64,000 nucleotides of DNA from assembly GCA_964106915.2 (NCBI GenBank), contig OZ066923.1, one strand, 5' to 3'. Numbering within the stretch: the stretch's first letter is position 1; each line of letters begins with the position of its first letter. The notes under the pieces were generated by a model, which was not told the DNA's origin, did not search any database, and saw only the letters and a list, made by a program, of their open reading frames with translations. Both the position numbers and the translations under genes were made by a program. The stretch is from Podarcis gaigeae. Its lineage: Eukaryota. This document shows positions 12,304-24,020 of this stretch, in pieces.

Positions 12304-14546
12304 GTGTCATGGGTGCCAGGACGAAATGGCTGCTATAGGCAACAGCAGCAGCAGCAACAACAACAACAAGGTGTCAGTGCACTGACTGTGGGCCACTGCA
12401 GCATGGCTCTTATCCATGCTATTTCTTTAATATCATAATCTTTAGACCACATGGGATGAGCTCACTATGTAGCTTCCCATATCAACACTGCAGCTGTTTC
12501 TGAGGAGGGCAACAGACTGTTGAGAGAAGGAACCACATCCGTTCTCCCATGTGATCCAGGACTTTTGGCATGACTCAAATGACACAGAAAGGAACTGTTG
12601 CACAACAGCTCTTAGACTGGACTGTGATTCAGCCTTCCAGAATTAGCTCTAGCTCTTTTCTCTGTAGAAAGTGTCAACTCCCATAATTTCCTTAGACAGC
12701 CAATGGGGTGCCCTCCAGATATTATTGGACTACAGCTCCCATCAGCCCCAGTCAGCATGGCCAGTCATCAGGAATGATGGGAGTTATAGTCCAATGCCAC
12801 ATTGGCTATACCTTATCTAACTTGTCAGGTTGTACTATGTGCATGTGTTGGTAGAAGTTTGTTTTATTTATTTTTAATGTGTGGCTCTTGTTATCCAGGG
12901 AATGCACAAAGTAGTGAAGCCAGGATTATGATGAAAGGACAGTCTGTTTTAAAGTGTATTTTTCTTTTCTCTATAATTTAGGGGGGGGGGAATTCCGACA
13001 GAAAAATAGTCTAACTTAATGCCAGCCTAACTAGAACAATGTGTGCTTTTCAGTATCAGCAATAATCAACAGACTTGTCAGACTATGTGTGCTCCATACC
13101 CCACCATACACACATCTGTCAACTTTAAGAAACTTTCAACAATGTATCATTATTGCATTGTATCAATTTATAACACTATCTACTGAAGTTAAACACTGTA
13201 ATTCAATCACTTAGTCTAATGCATAGTAGCCTACATATATATTTACAGATAGAATTTTTGCACACGTGCCACTTTTAAAAATATTGTATACCAAGTTGTA
13301 TTTGAAAAGCAGAGATAGAGTTGTAGTATTTAGTAGTGCATGTCACATTCGTTAGTGAAATTGGACACGATTTATTGATGCACTATACTAAAATTTAACC
13401 TGTGCAATGGGTTTTTCTTTAGTAACAAAGAAGTGGTGTAATGCAGATCATTTATCACAGCACAGCTGCAAAAAAATTGTTTTAGGAATAAGCACCAAAA
13501 ATTGACAGCACAGTATAATTCATAGTTGCCTTGCTGGGGCGGGTGTGAATGTGTCAGATATTTTCTCTATAGAATGATCTGCCTTCATAATTAAAGTGGT
13601 TCAGTGTTCTGGATAATAATATGTATATCAGATGAGCATTGGCAATAAAAACATACCAAATACGCAACAAATGATGTCAATTAAAATTCCGCCTGATGTT
13701 TAGATACCATATGCCACCACCAGACTCTTCTACAATACACTTCCAGCTGTGACTTGCACTGTGTCAGCTCTGTTTCACAGTTTATAGTAGTTGCAATATA
13801 TATTTAGCCCATCCAAATTGTTCCTAATGAAGAAAGGGGCCTGGATAACTGGTCCCCCCCCCCCGCCACTGTTCCTTCTAGAGCTAGATGAGATTTGTTG
13901 GTGCAGAAACAACACTGCAAGAGCATGTATCTGCACAAATAATTTTGCATCTCCTGGATGCACATGCAATGCACACTGGCTCCTACTTTCCACAGCAAGT
14001 CCATGTTTAGTCTCTTTCCTCTAGCCTGAAGTTCTTAAAGGATGCTATGACTAGAGGGCCACAGCAGCAAATCGTGTGTATGTCAAAAGGAGTGTACTTT
14101 GCAAGGAACATTTCTTGCCTTCCTGCTTCAACCCTAACAAGACAAACCAGGAGTTTGGGTTATTTTTTATTCACTATGTATTTTATTACATTCCATTTGA
14201 GTTCTTTTTGTGATTCTCTGTCTTCCCTGTTTGCTGCTCTCTCCTCCCTAATCCTCTGCCCTTCTGACATGGCACATCTCTCTACTGCTGGCCTTTTGGC
14301 TTGTTCTGTAGCATTACCTCTCACTACTTTGGATTCTTTCTGGCATTCCTTCCAGCCTACTTTCCAACCAAACTCTCTATTATTAATAGTATCAGTATAT
14401 GCCTCTCCACACATTACTTTTCTGCACCTCAGCATCGTGGACAATATTCTGATGAATAGTTACATAGCTGCATTTTCTTGGCAGGTTCTTCAGTCATTCA
14501 TTATTTTAAAAAATTGTTTGTTTATCAGCTTCCTTTTACTTTTCAG

Positions 14547-14654
14547 GTTTTAAAAATCAGTTTGCTTGGCCATCGAAAACGCATTTTGGCCTCACTGGGA
14601 GACAGGCTTCACGAAGATCCACCTCAGAAACCACCAAGATCTATAACCCTCAGG
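14547..14654 (+). CDS. ANKS1B: ANKS1B exon: end of SAM2 domain (VLKISLLGHRKRILASLGDRLHEDPPQKPPRSITLR)
   Basis: ttttcag acceptor, AGG|gtaagt donor, 108 nt, phase 0-0; peptide near-identical to recalled human ANKS1B. The preceding exon was not found in the window. Confidence 0.96.
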
Positions 14655-15229
14655 GTAAGTTCCAGAAAATATGTCTTGTATTCCCTCAAACACATATTGT
14701 AAAAGGCCTATAAAATCTTCAAACACAAATAATGATTATTTAGCAATTACCCATACGAACTGAGATTTATAGCTCTCTTATTTTTTCGTATTTTTATAAG
14801 GCTCTCTAATTTGTTTGACCAGCATGGTTTACTTGAGGGATTTTTATTTTATTTTTGTGATTTTGCTTGAGAAAAAAACACACTGTATTTAATAGCATCA
14901 ACCAGTATTCTTGTTCAACTACTTAATGTAATTAATTTTCATGTCTAACTGAATTAGTGTGTCTGTCTGAATTTTCTGCACAAAACAGTCTATAAATTGT
15001 TGAATTTGTTGGGCTTTTTAATTTCCACGTTTTTTCTTGGCATATGATGTTAGGGGTGGGGCAGTATCTCTGGTGGGGGACACATTGTGCTCCTTCTTGA
15101 GTAGTTTGTCCACCTTTGCTCCCCACCCTGCACTCAGCTCTCACCTGTGGCTCCTAGAAGCTGACAGTGGCCACACCCCAGGAAACTTTGACTGGCTAAA
15201 CCAGGTGAGAGTAGTCTATGGGTCTTAAA

Positions 15230-15575
15230 CCCTCAGTGAGTCAGGTGAGTTAGGCACTTGTCTATCCACTGCATGTAAAGACAGATTCCTGCAGTTTGAG
15301 TGGACAAGACCAATAGCAGGTCCAATGCTCAAGAAGGCAGTTTCAGCATGTGCTGTTGAGGGAAATGAGGGGCAGATGGAACTCATCAACCTGGGAAGGT
15401 AGCCCATCTAGGAAAAGGAAAACTGATCCTAAACTTCTGTTGCCTTGGGACTATACACATTCCTGAGAAAGGTTTTGGAAGTAAACCCTGAGGAATAATC
15501 CATACTCACTGAACAAACTCTACTGAATTGCCCCAGAGACAGCATTGAAGCAAGGTGGAACTAAATCAAAGAGGC
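15230..15575 (+). mobile_element. probable RTE-type LINE 5' fragment
   Basis: ggaaggtagcccatctaggaaaaggaaaact motif resembles a squamate RTE-like 5' region (from memory only). Confidence 0.35.
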
Positions 15576-15578
15576 ATC

Positions 15579-16750
15579 CTACTACTACTACTACTAATAA
15601 TAATTTATTATTTATACCACGCCCATCTGGCTGGGTTCCCCCCAGCCACTCTGCGTGGCCTCCAACAAAATACTAAAATACAGTAATCCATCAAACATTA
15701 AAGGCTTCCCTAAACAGGGCTGCCTTCAGATGTCTTCTAAAAGTCTGGTAGTTGTTCTCTTTGACATCTGATGGGAGGATATTCCACAGAGCCGGTGCCA
15801 CTACCGAGAAGGCCCTCTGCCTGGTTCCCTGTAACTTGACTTCTCTCAGTGAGGGAACCGCCAGAAGGCCCTCGGCGCTGGACCTCAGTGTCCAAGTAGA
15901 ATGATGGGGGTGGAAACACTCCTTCAGGTACACTGGACTGAGGCCGTTTAGGGCTTTAAAGGTCAGCACCAACACTTTGAATTGTGCTTGGAAACATACT
16001 GGGAGCCAATGTAGGTCTTTCAAGACTGGTGTTATGTGGTCTCGGCAGCCGCTCCCAGTCACCAGTCTAGCTGCCGCATTCTGGATTAGTTGTAGTTTCC
16101 GGGTCACCTTCAAAGGTAGCCCTACATAGAGTGCATTGTAGTAGTCCAAGCGAGAGATAATCAGAGCATGCACTACTCTGGTGAGACAGTCTGCAGGCAG
16201 ATAGGGTCTCAGCCTGCGTACCAGATGGAGCTGGTAAGCAGCTGCCCTGGACACAGAATTGACCTGCGCCTACATGGACAGCTGTGAGTCCAAAATGACT
16301 CCCAGGCTGCACATCTGGTCCTTCAGAGGCACAGTTACACCATTCAGGACCAGGGAGTCCTCCACATCTGCCCACCTCCTGTTCCCCAAAAACAGTACTT
16401 CTGTCTTGTCAGGATTCAATCTCAATCTGTTAGCCGCCATCCATCCTCCAACTGCCTCCAGACACTCACACAGGACCGTCATCGCCTTCACTGGTTCTGA
16501 TTTGAAAGAGAGGTAGAGCTGGGTATCATCCACATACTGATGAACACCCAGCCCAAACCCCCTGATGATTTCTCCCAGCGGCTGCATATAGATGTTGAAA
16601 AGCATGGGGGAGAGGACAGAACCATGAGGTACCCCACAAGTGAGAGCCCAGGGGTCTGAACACTCATCCCCCATCACCACTTTCTGAACACAGCCCAGGA
16701 GGAAAGAGAGGAACCACTGTATGACAGTGCCCCCAGCTCCCAGCGCCTCT
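15579..16750 (-). mobile_element. 5'-truncated young L2-clade LINE (RT C-terminal half + 3' tail)
   Basis: ORFs 16755-16270 and 16254-15691 share one frame, broken by a single TAG; GVPHGSVLSPMLFNIYM, YVDDTQLY, LHWLPV; (TAT/TAG)n tail at 15579-15612. Confidence 0.92.
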
Positions 16751-18661
16751 TGCACTGTAGATTGCTTACTATATTGCTAGGAATTGTCTATATTTTAATG
16801 GAAATTTGGAGGAATGCAGATGTAATTTTCATTACTGTCCCTTTTGAGATAGACAAAGGGAGGAGTACATTGTAAATTGTAAGCAACTATCTTTTTCTCT
16901 CACACAGACACCTTACTCAATTCCACTTATGAAAACATTAATATGGACACTCTCACTCTCATTGCTGGCATATCACACCTGGCTTCTGGGAGAGAAACTA
17001 TAGCTGCTTGAAAGACTGTGTTACTGAAAGTGTCACTGAGCTCATGGTATTTTCCCTTTGGAGAATTGCTCAAATATAGGGCGTTTTTAGCTGCTGTTTC
17101 CTGGCAGAGTGTACTTCAAGAATGCTAAAATATAAATAGGGAGCATGAAGTGGTTGTAGGTTATGATCCAAGCAAAAGACTAGATATTTTTACAGAGGTG
17201 TCATCTTTCAGTTTTTAGGAATGAAGCATATAGCTGTTATTTAAGTGAACTTCAGAAGATAAACTTGAGAACAGAAAAGGGAAATGGGTAAAAATAAGTG
17301 AGCTGTTCAGTAAAATGTGGCAATGTGGAGTGCTCCAGGGTTCAAGCCAGCCATGTTCTTTTTCAAGAGACTCCATGTTTTCTAGCTTTCCATGTTTTCT
17401 CCCCTTCTCAATAGTAGGTCAGCATTCTGTACCCACTGAACAGCCCAACTCATTGGGCTATCTTAGGGGAATGATTTTTCCTAAAGGGTTGGTTGTTTTT
17501 TTGTGTTGTTTTTTTTTGTACTTCAGCAAGCATTTTCCTTCCTCCAAGCCTGCTGATACTATTCTCTTGTGTGTCAATCAGGGGTGGGAGACTGGACCTG
17601 GCTGATGGGTTGTATCTTTCATTCCTCCACGCTCAGTTCCATGGGCTAACTTTTAACAGTTGGGTGAGGCTGCCCACTTGTCAATCGCCTGTTGTCATTA
17701 TTATGTCAGGTGACAACTTGAAAGGGGCTTGCTTGCCTTTGAAGTTCATGTACAAACATTTTGTATTGATACCACTTCAAAGGGACTTCAAAGTGAAGGC
17801 AGGCACACCTTTACCTGCCTCACACCTGACATCACATATTATTATTAATAATTTATTAATCACCCTTTACACAAGTCTTGTGTGTGTGTGTACCTCCAGG
17901 GGTCCTTTACCTTACGTGCTCACGTGCGCGCACACACACACTTTTTTTTAAAAAAAAATCAGTTTAAAACACAAAAACAGCAGGCACATTTAAAACAATA
18001 AAAATAGATACTTGTGGTAAAACCAATTTATCAGAGAGATGTATAATTCTGTCAGCAGAGTGCAGAATGGATGAGAGTCAACTAAGGTGAGACAACAGAA
18101 GGCCAGAGAGAATAAGACTGCCATAATCAAGGCAAGATACGGGGATGAAAAAGAGTTTTCTTGCCGCTCCTTATCTCTCCATGCTTATGTCCTGCCACAT
18201 TCCTTCCTGTCACTTGTCCAGCTCTTCTACCCTCAGTTGTCCAAAGGTCTCCTGCCATCTGAAATAATTCCAGCCATTTCCCCTTCCTGCCCCTCATGCC
18301 TAGAACTGCCTCCCCAAATGGTTCTGTGTGACTACCTTCCTTAAAGCCTGTAAGTCCCTCCTCAAAATTCAGCATTTCCAAGATCATATCCCTAGATACT
18401 ATGCCTTAATGTAATGTAACCAAATATTTATATTCTTCAATTGCCCCCATTGCCCCAACTGTGTTCTTTTTCTCTATTTTAGAGTGTGATCTATTGATGA
18501 ATGAACCTGTCATACCTTATACCTGTAAAGCACCATATACATAGATGGTATATACATTATATATATGTCCAGCACTTGAAACACTGTGTTACTAGCTCTT
18601 GTAGCTGCAGTGCAGGAAAGTCTGTTTATTTCATGTTGTTACTTTCTCTAATTATGTGCAG

Positions 18662-18841
18662 GAACCCAGCGGTAACCACACTCCTCCTCAGTTGTCTCCC
18701 TCACTCAGCCAAAGCACTTACACTACTGGTGGCTCCCTGGACGTTCCACACATTATCATGCAGGGGGATGCAAGGAGGAGAAGAAATGACAGCTATTTTG
18801 ATGATATTCCTCGGTCAAAACTGGAGAGACAGATGGCACAG
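18662..18841 (+). CDS. ANKS1B: ANKS1B linker exon (EPSGNHTPPQLSPSLSQ...RSKLERQMAQ)
   Basis: gtgcag acceptor, CAG|gtaatg donor, 180 nt, phase 0-0; matches the human ANKS1B SAM-PTB linker. Confidence 0.96.
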
Positions 18842-20348
18842 GTAATGTTGGGAAACCTTTCCTATTAAAATTTAATATATTTAGAGTTGTATGTTCACTT
18901 CTTTAAAATTTGAGAAGGTGTACCTTTTAAAAATAACAGTATATCTTTTTGTGAATTTTAGTATGTTTTGGAACCATCAACTAAATTGGTTTGCATTTAT
19001 TTTGTAACTCTTTTATCCTGCTCTATAAACACATATTTTAAAATCTAGGCTCTAGAGAGACTTTATATTCTGTAAACTAGTTTATTTGTATGCTAACAGG
19101 CCTGGGAGATGTGAATAGCATTGAGATGTGAAATCGAAATATTCTGTTTGTGTTTGAAGAAGATAAGGTTTTAATGACTGATTTTTTTTGTCTCCTAAGA
19201 GTGAATGATACCAGCAAGATGTGTTATTGCTAGGATTTGGTTGTAGAAACAATGTTGAACACATTACTTTTTAAAATGAAAGGCAGCTAAAGTCGAATTC
19301 CTTAGCAGCAACATTTCTTATAGATCTTCCAGAGTGTATTCTCACAATTATTTCCCTGCATTTAGTGTTAAGTGGAATCATATTGCTACATTCAAAATAG
19401 TTTTGGCTGACTGTAGAATGAGTTCATCTTTTTCTGTGTAACTCTGAAGTGAGTTGTGGAATCATGAATTGATGGCACGGTACATTCCGCACATACATAG
19501 GGCAGCCTAGGAGTGTCCTGTTTGAGCATGCTTTGATACCAAGTATATGGCAATATCCCAGTCCCCTTACTGAGGCAGAGACCTTCAAGCATGGGAAGTC
19601 TGAGAGTACAGCTGGGAACAACCTGGGATGCTCTAGGTACACTTCTTACATATTTTTTGAAAAAATCTAGAACTTACCAAAAAGCAACAGATCCAGTCTG
19701 GAAATATTTCCCTGCAACTGAAAGCTATTGGGTGCATTCATTTATTGCAGAATCTAACCCATCCTTAGTATTTTTTTAATTAAGGTGTCTTGAAGGAAAC
19801 CTGACTGGGAATCTTGTTCAGCAAATTGTTTAAGTAAGGCATTAAGAATTTAATAGTTCAACACAAATTTAGCAAGCTTCAAAGTCAGGCCTATGTAGCT
19901 GATGCCTCAGCATCCATCATAAACCAAGGGCAAAAGCCACCTCGTAGTTGAGTGGCTGCTAATGTACTTATGATACCTAGTTTTAGTAGTTAGTATTGCC
20001 CTTCAGTAATTTTATTCCATGCTTATTAAGGAATTTCTGAAAGTTGCTTGTTTATTATCTCTGAAAATCACTCTCATCAATAATGGCCCATTTTTTATTT
20101 TTGGCCCCACAAGGGATAATTCTATGTAAGCTGCAAATGAAGCCACTTTTTCTCCCCATCTAATTATGGATATTCTTTCTTATTCAGATTTTGACAAAAA
20201 TACATTTCATAGCTTTTTGACAGAAATTTGATGGTGTGTGCTCACATTTGGTTTTGATTTTTGCTGACATTATAGCAATTCAAGGGATTTGCTGAAACTG
20301 TTATTTTTACAATTGGATTTCAATCATTCTTAAAAGGGCTTTTGAGTA

Positions 20349-20590
20349 CAGTGGTACCTCGGGTTACAAACACCTTGGGTTACAAACACTTCAGGTTACA
20401 AACTCCACTAACCTTGGGTTAGTAACTTGGGTTAAGAACTTTGCCCCAGGTTGAGAACGGAAATCGCACGGCGGTGGCATGGCGGCAGCAGGAGGCCCCA
20501 TTAGCTTAAGTGGTACCTTGGATTAAGAACAGTTTCAGGTTAAGAATGGACCCCTGGAACAAATTGAGTTTGTAACCAGAGGTACCATTG
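20349..20590 (-). mobile_element. TcMar/Tigger-like MITE, same family as 6145-6375, opposite orientation
   Basis: TIR cagtggtacctc...gaggtaccattg, TA flanks; interior is reverse-complementary to the 6145 copy. Confidence 0.9.
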
Positions 20591-23500
20591 TATTGTATAT
20601 TTAGATATTTTATGTTGGAGCTGTTGAAATATTTCCTGTCTTTACTTAATGGACACCATAATAATGCTGCAGACATTACACTAAACCAGAAGTGATTAAC
20701 CTATGGCTTTTGGTGTATAACTCCCATCACTGTGACCATGGAGCATGTTGGTTGGGGCTGATGGAAACTGGAGTCCAATAGAATCTGAAGGCCACAATTA
20801 TGTCCCACCACCACAACTACATTCAGCACCCTTTAAAAATGCAATGGCACTTACCCTCAATACATTCTACCACAAATGAATAATCCACTGTCTACCTTAA
20901 ATATAGCATATGCTTGACCAAAAAGATATGCCATATTTCATTCTAAAGGTCAGCGTAGTTGAACTTCTGTCAGTGAAAGTGCTGTGCGTGATATGTGCTG
21001 TTCTTTGATGGTGCACAGGACTTAAGGCCAGATCATAAACCATGTTGTAATGCTTCACTGTACGCATCAGAGACCAAACTCTGAATTGCACCCAAAACAG
21101 ATGGAAGGCCAGTTGAGTTCACAAAGCATGTTAGTGACATGAAAGTTTCACTCCACTGAGCAGGCATTCTGCCCTGATAGAGGCATCCAAGTGCCTGGCA
21201 TAGCCATAAGTACAGATTGATTATTTCAGCAGTTCAACCTGGACTAGGGGGGGATGTTTAATGCCCATATTGCAATCTTTTAAAAATCTAACAGCAACAT
21301 AAAAAGGAAAAGTGTGGTTCCCTCTTGAAAAATCCAAGGGCAGCTGATAAGTTCTATTTGCTCAGTTGAACATTTAAATACTGTACAAATGTTAATATGT
21401 GGTTTTAAACAGCTGAATTAGGTTTTCTGCTAACCTATTATTGGAAGGAATTGGGGAGTCCTCCTTGGTATGCAAGATAGCTTTGATAAAGAAGAGCAGA
21501 GTAACAAAACACCACTTACTATAAAAGAACTTCTCTGCAGGTCGCAAAAATTGATTGTCGGAATAGGCAATGCCAGATTTATTGTCACTGAGTAGCTTGA
21601 TATATGCACATCGTGTCACTGAGTATTATCCATCACTGTTGCCGCTTCTAGTCCCTTATACCCTCTTCAAGCCCTTCTCTCATTTCTGCATATTTGAAAA
21701 TATAATACTCCCCAAAGGTATATAATATTTCTTTTCTAGAAGTTGTCTCAATTTCATTCTTGAATTATCTCTCTCACACATGATATGATAAACACGCAAG
21801 GATGAAACTGAGGTTATAATTCCCTAATATATTCAGCCTACTTCCTTCAAAGCAGTTCCACTGATTTTGTCCATAAAATGCATGTCACAGCCCATTAACA
21901 TTTCTTTAGAAGTCTGGTGGGCTTCCATTTACATTTGTATTCAATATATGATCTCTTTATAATTATGCAAATTCACTTCCTCTGTTCTGACCCTTCCTGT
22001 AGGCATGCCTATTGACCCAGGCTGTGTACACGTTCCTGTTTAATCTGCATCCAGTGTATTCCCATTGCTGGCTTGGGAAGTAGTGTACACATCTTAGCCA
22101 CAATCCATATCTATCCTGACGTTTCTTAGAAAATACTGTATTTTGATATGTCCCCCCCAAAAAAGTAGCTTTGATCCCTGTTGAAAAAAAGAATGACCTA
22201 GCTGTGATTTAAGTCAGTAATGTGTACAGAGCCCCAAACTCTGGTAACATTTTCATGCCCACTGACTTCTAAGTGGGAAAATCTGGACAAATTTGATGTG
22301 TCTAACTCTGCTTGGAGTATTTTTTGAGCTGATTTCCTACTCTATACAATCTGGACTCATATTTTCAACCTCTGATTGTGAAATTGTTTATACTCTTTTT
22401 TCATATCTACTTTTCCAAGGGAGGGTACTTGACCATAGACGTTTGACATATTAGCCACCTGTTCTAGATTCATTCTGAAGATGAAAGGCTGTTAAGGTTG
22501 AGAAGGTTATAGTGACATTATTAGCAAAAAAGGAAGTGGTTAGTTAGCAGAAGTTTTCATTTCACTGTGCATGTTTGGCACATTAGAACTGAAATCGCTA
22601 GGATAAATCCTGCTTTGAGAGATGAGCACCAAGACTGACTTTTTTAAAAGATTAGACAGGGCTGAAAAAACCCCACAGTAACTGACAGCAGGAACCTGAA
22701 GCAATTGCCCCTGAAAAAAGCACAACTTTTGTTCAGCTAGATGGAAATTAATTTGAAAGCAGTTTGCAATAGTTTTAGGGCTGTCTGCATGTACCAGCTC
22801 ATCTCAACCTTAGGGCAAACTTGTTCAAATAGAGAATTCCATCTTGGTGAATGAAGTGTGAGGAAGAAACTAGATTCAGGCAAATGTAGCCATCTTTCTG
22901 TTCTTTTTTCATCACATACGATGATGTGTTGTGAGTCTTGAAATGACTGGAGCAGCCACAGGCCTTTCATATCATGGATGTGAACATTTGGGCCCAAGAA
23001 AGACGTAGTCTAGTATCCTTAAAAGACACTTTTTATAACCAGAGTGCATCTTACAGGAGTGAGTTTTACTCAGAGTGGACCCACTGAAATGAATGGGCCT
23101 AACATGGTTATGTTCATTAATTCCATTGGGTCTAAATTTGGTTAAATACTACACTATGTATTTGCCTCTTGAAGGTGTCAGGGTGTAGGCATGGGTGTCA
23201 TACACTATACTAAAATGCACAAGAATAATGATGTGATTCCCCCCCCCCAATTGCTTTAGCAGTCTAGAAAGGAAGGCATTTTTGTAATTTACAGGATCCT
23301 TTATTTTAATGGCTATCTAAGTTGTCAGTTTGAACCTCAGAAGATCACATCCTTCCATTAAAAAAAACTGAAGCAGCAGCTGATAGTGGAGAAAATTTCC
23401 TTAACGTTTATTTGTTTGGGCTTTCCTCTCTATCGCATGGGGATGGAACACAACTGACACAATCTGACAATAACCTCATTATTGTTTGGCATGGAATGCT

Positions 23501-23782
23501 ACTCTTTTTAAATACTTGCTGGGATAGTTCCATGGCATCTATATACCATTTCCTCACATAAATGGATTCTTCAGACTCCTGTAAAATACTGAGATTCACC
23601 AGGATAGGTTTGATGATCTGTCATACTATAGTGTTCAAAGACCTCTAGAAGCCTCAGCACCCAGCTCCAGTTCATCCGATTCTCACAGCTCTGTTACACT
23701 CAGGTTGCAAGTGAAATGGAGCTGGAAAGCAAAACAGATTCCCAGATGGCAAGAGTTATTATTAGTATTAGTATTATTATTG

Positions 23783-24020
23783 CAGTGGTACCTCGTGTTG
23801 CGTACTTAATCCATTCTGGAGGTCCATTCGTAACAGGAAACTGCTCGTAACATGAGGCACACTTTTATTAATGGCACCTCCGCTGCTGCGCCACCAGAGC
23901 GCGACTTCCACTCGCATCCCTGAGCAAAGGTCTCAACAAGGGGCATCTACTTCCGGGTTAGTGGAACGCGTAACCCACAACATTCGTAAGGGAGATGGTA
24001 CGTAACATGAGGTACCACTG
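23783..24020 (+). mobile_element. TcMar/Tigger-like MITE (related subfamily)
   Basis: TIR cagtggtacctc...gaggtaccactg followed by TA. Confidence 0.85.

Noticed and set aside
12247-12438. ORF with (VC)n and polyQ
   Set aside because: Translation of intronic microsatellites
14047-14553. 168-aa ORF upstream of the first ANKS1B exon
   Set aside because: Low-complexity pyrimidine-rich intron sequence, not in the exon's reading frame, no recognisable domain
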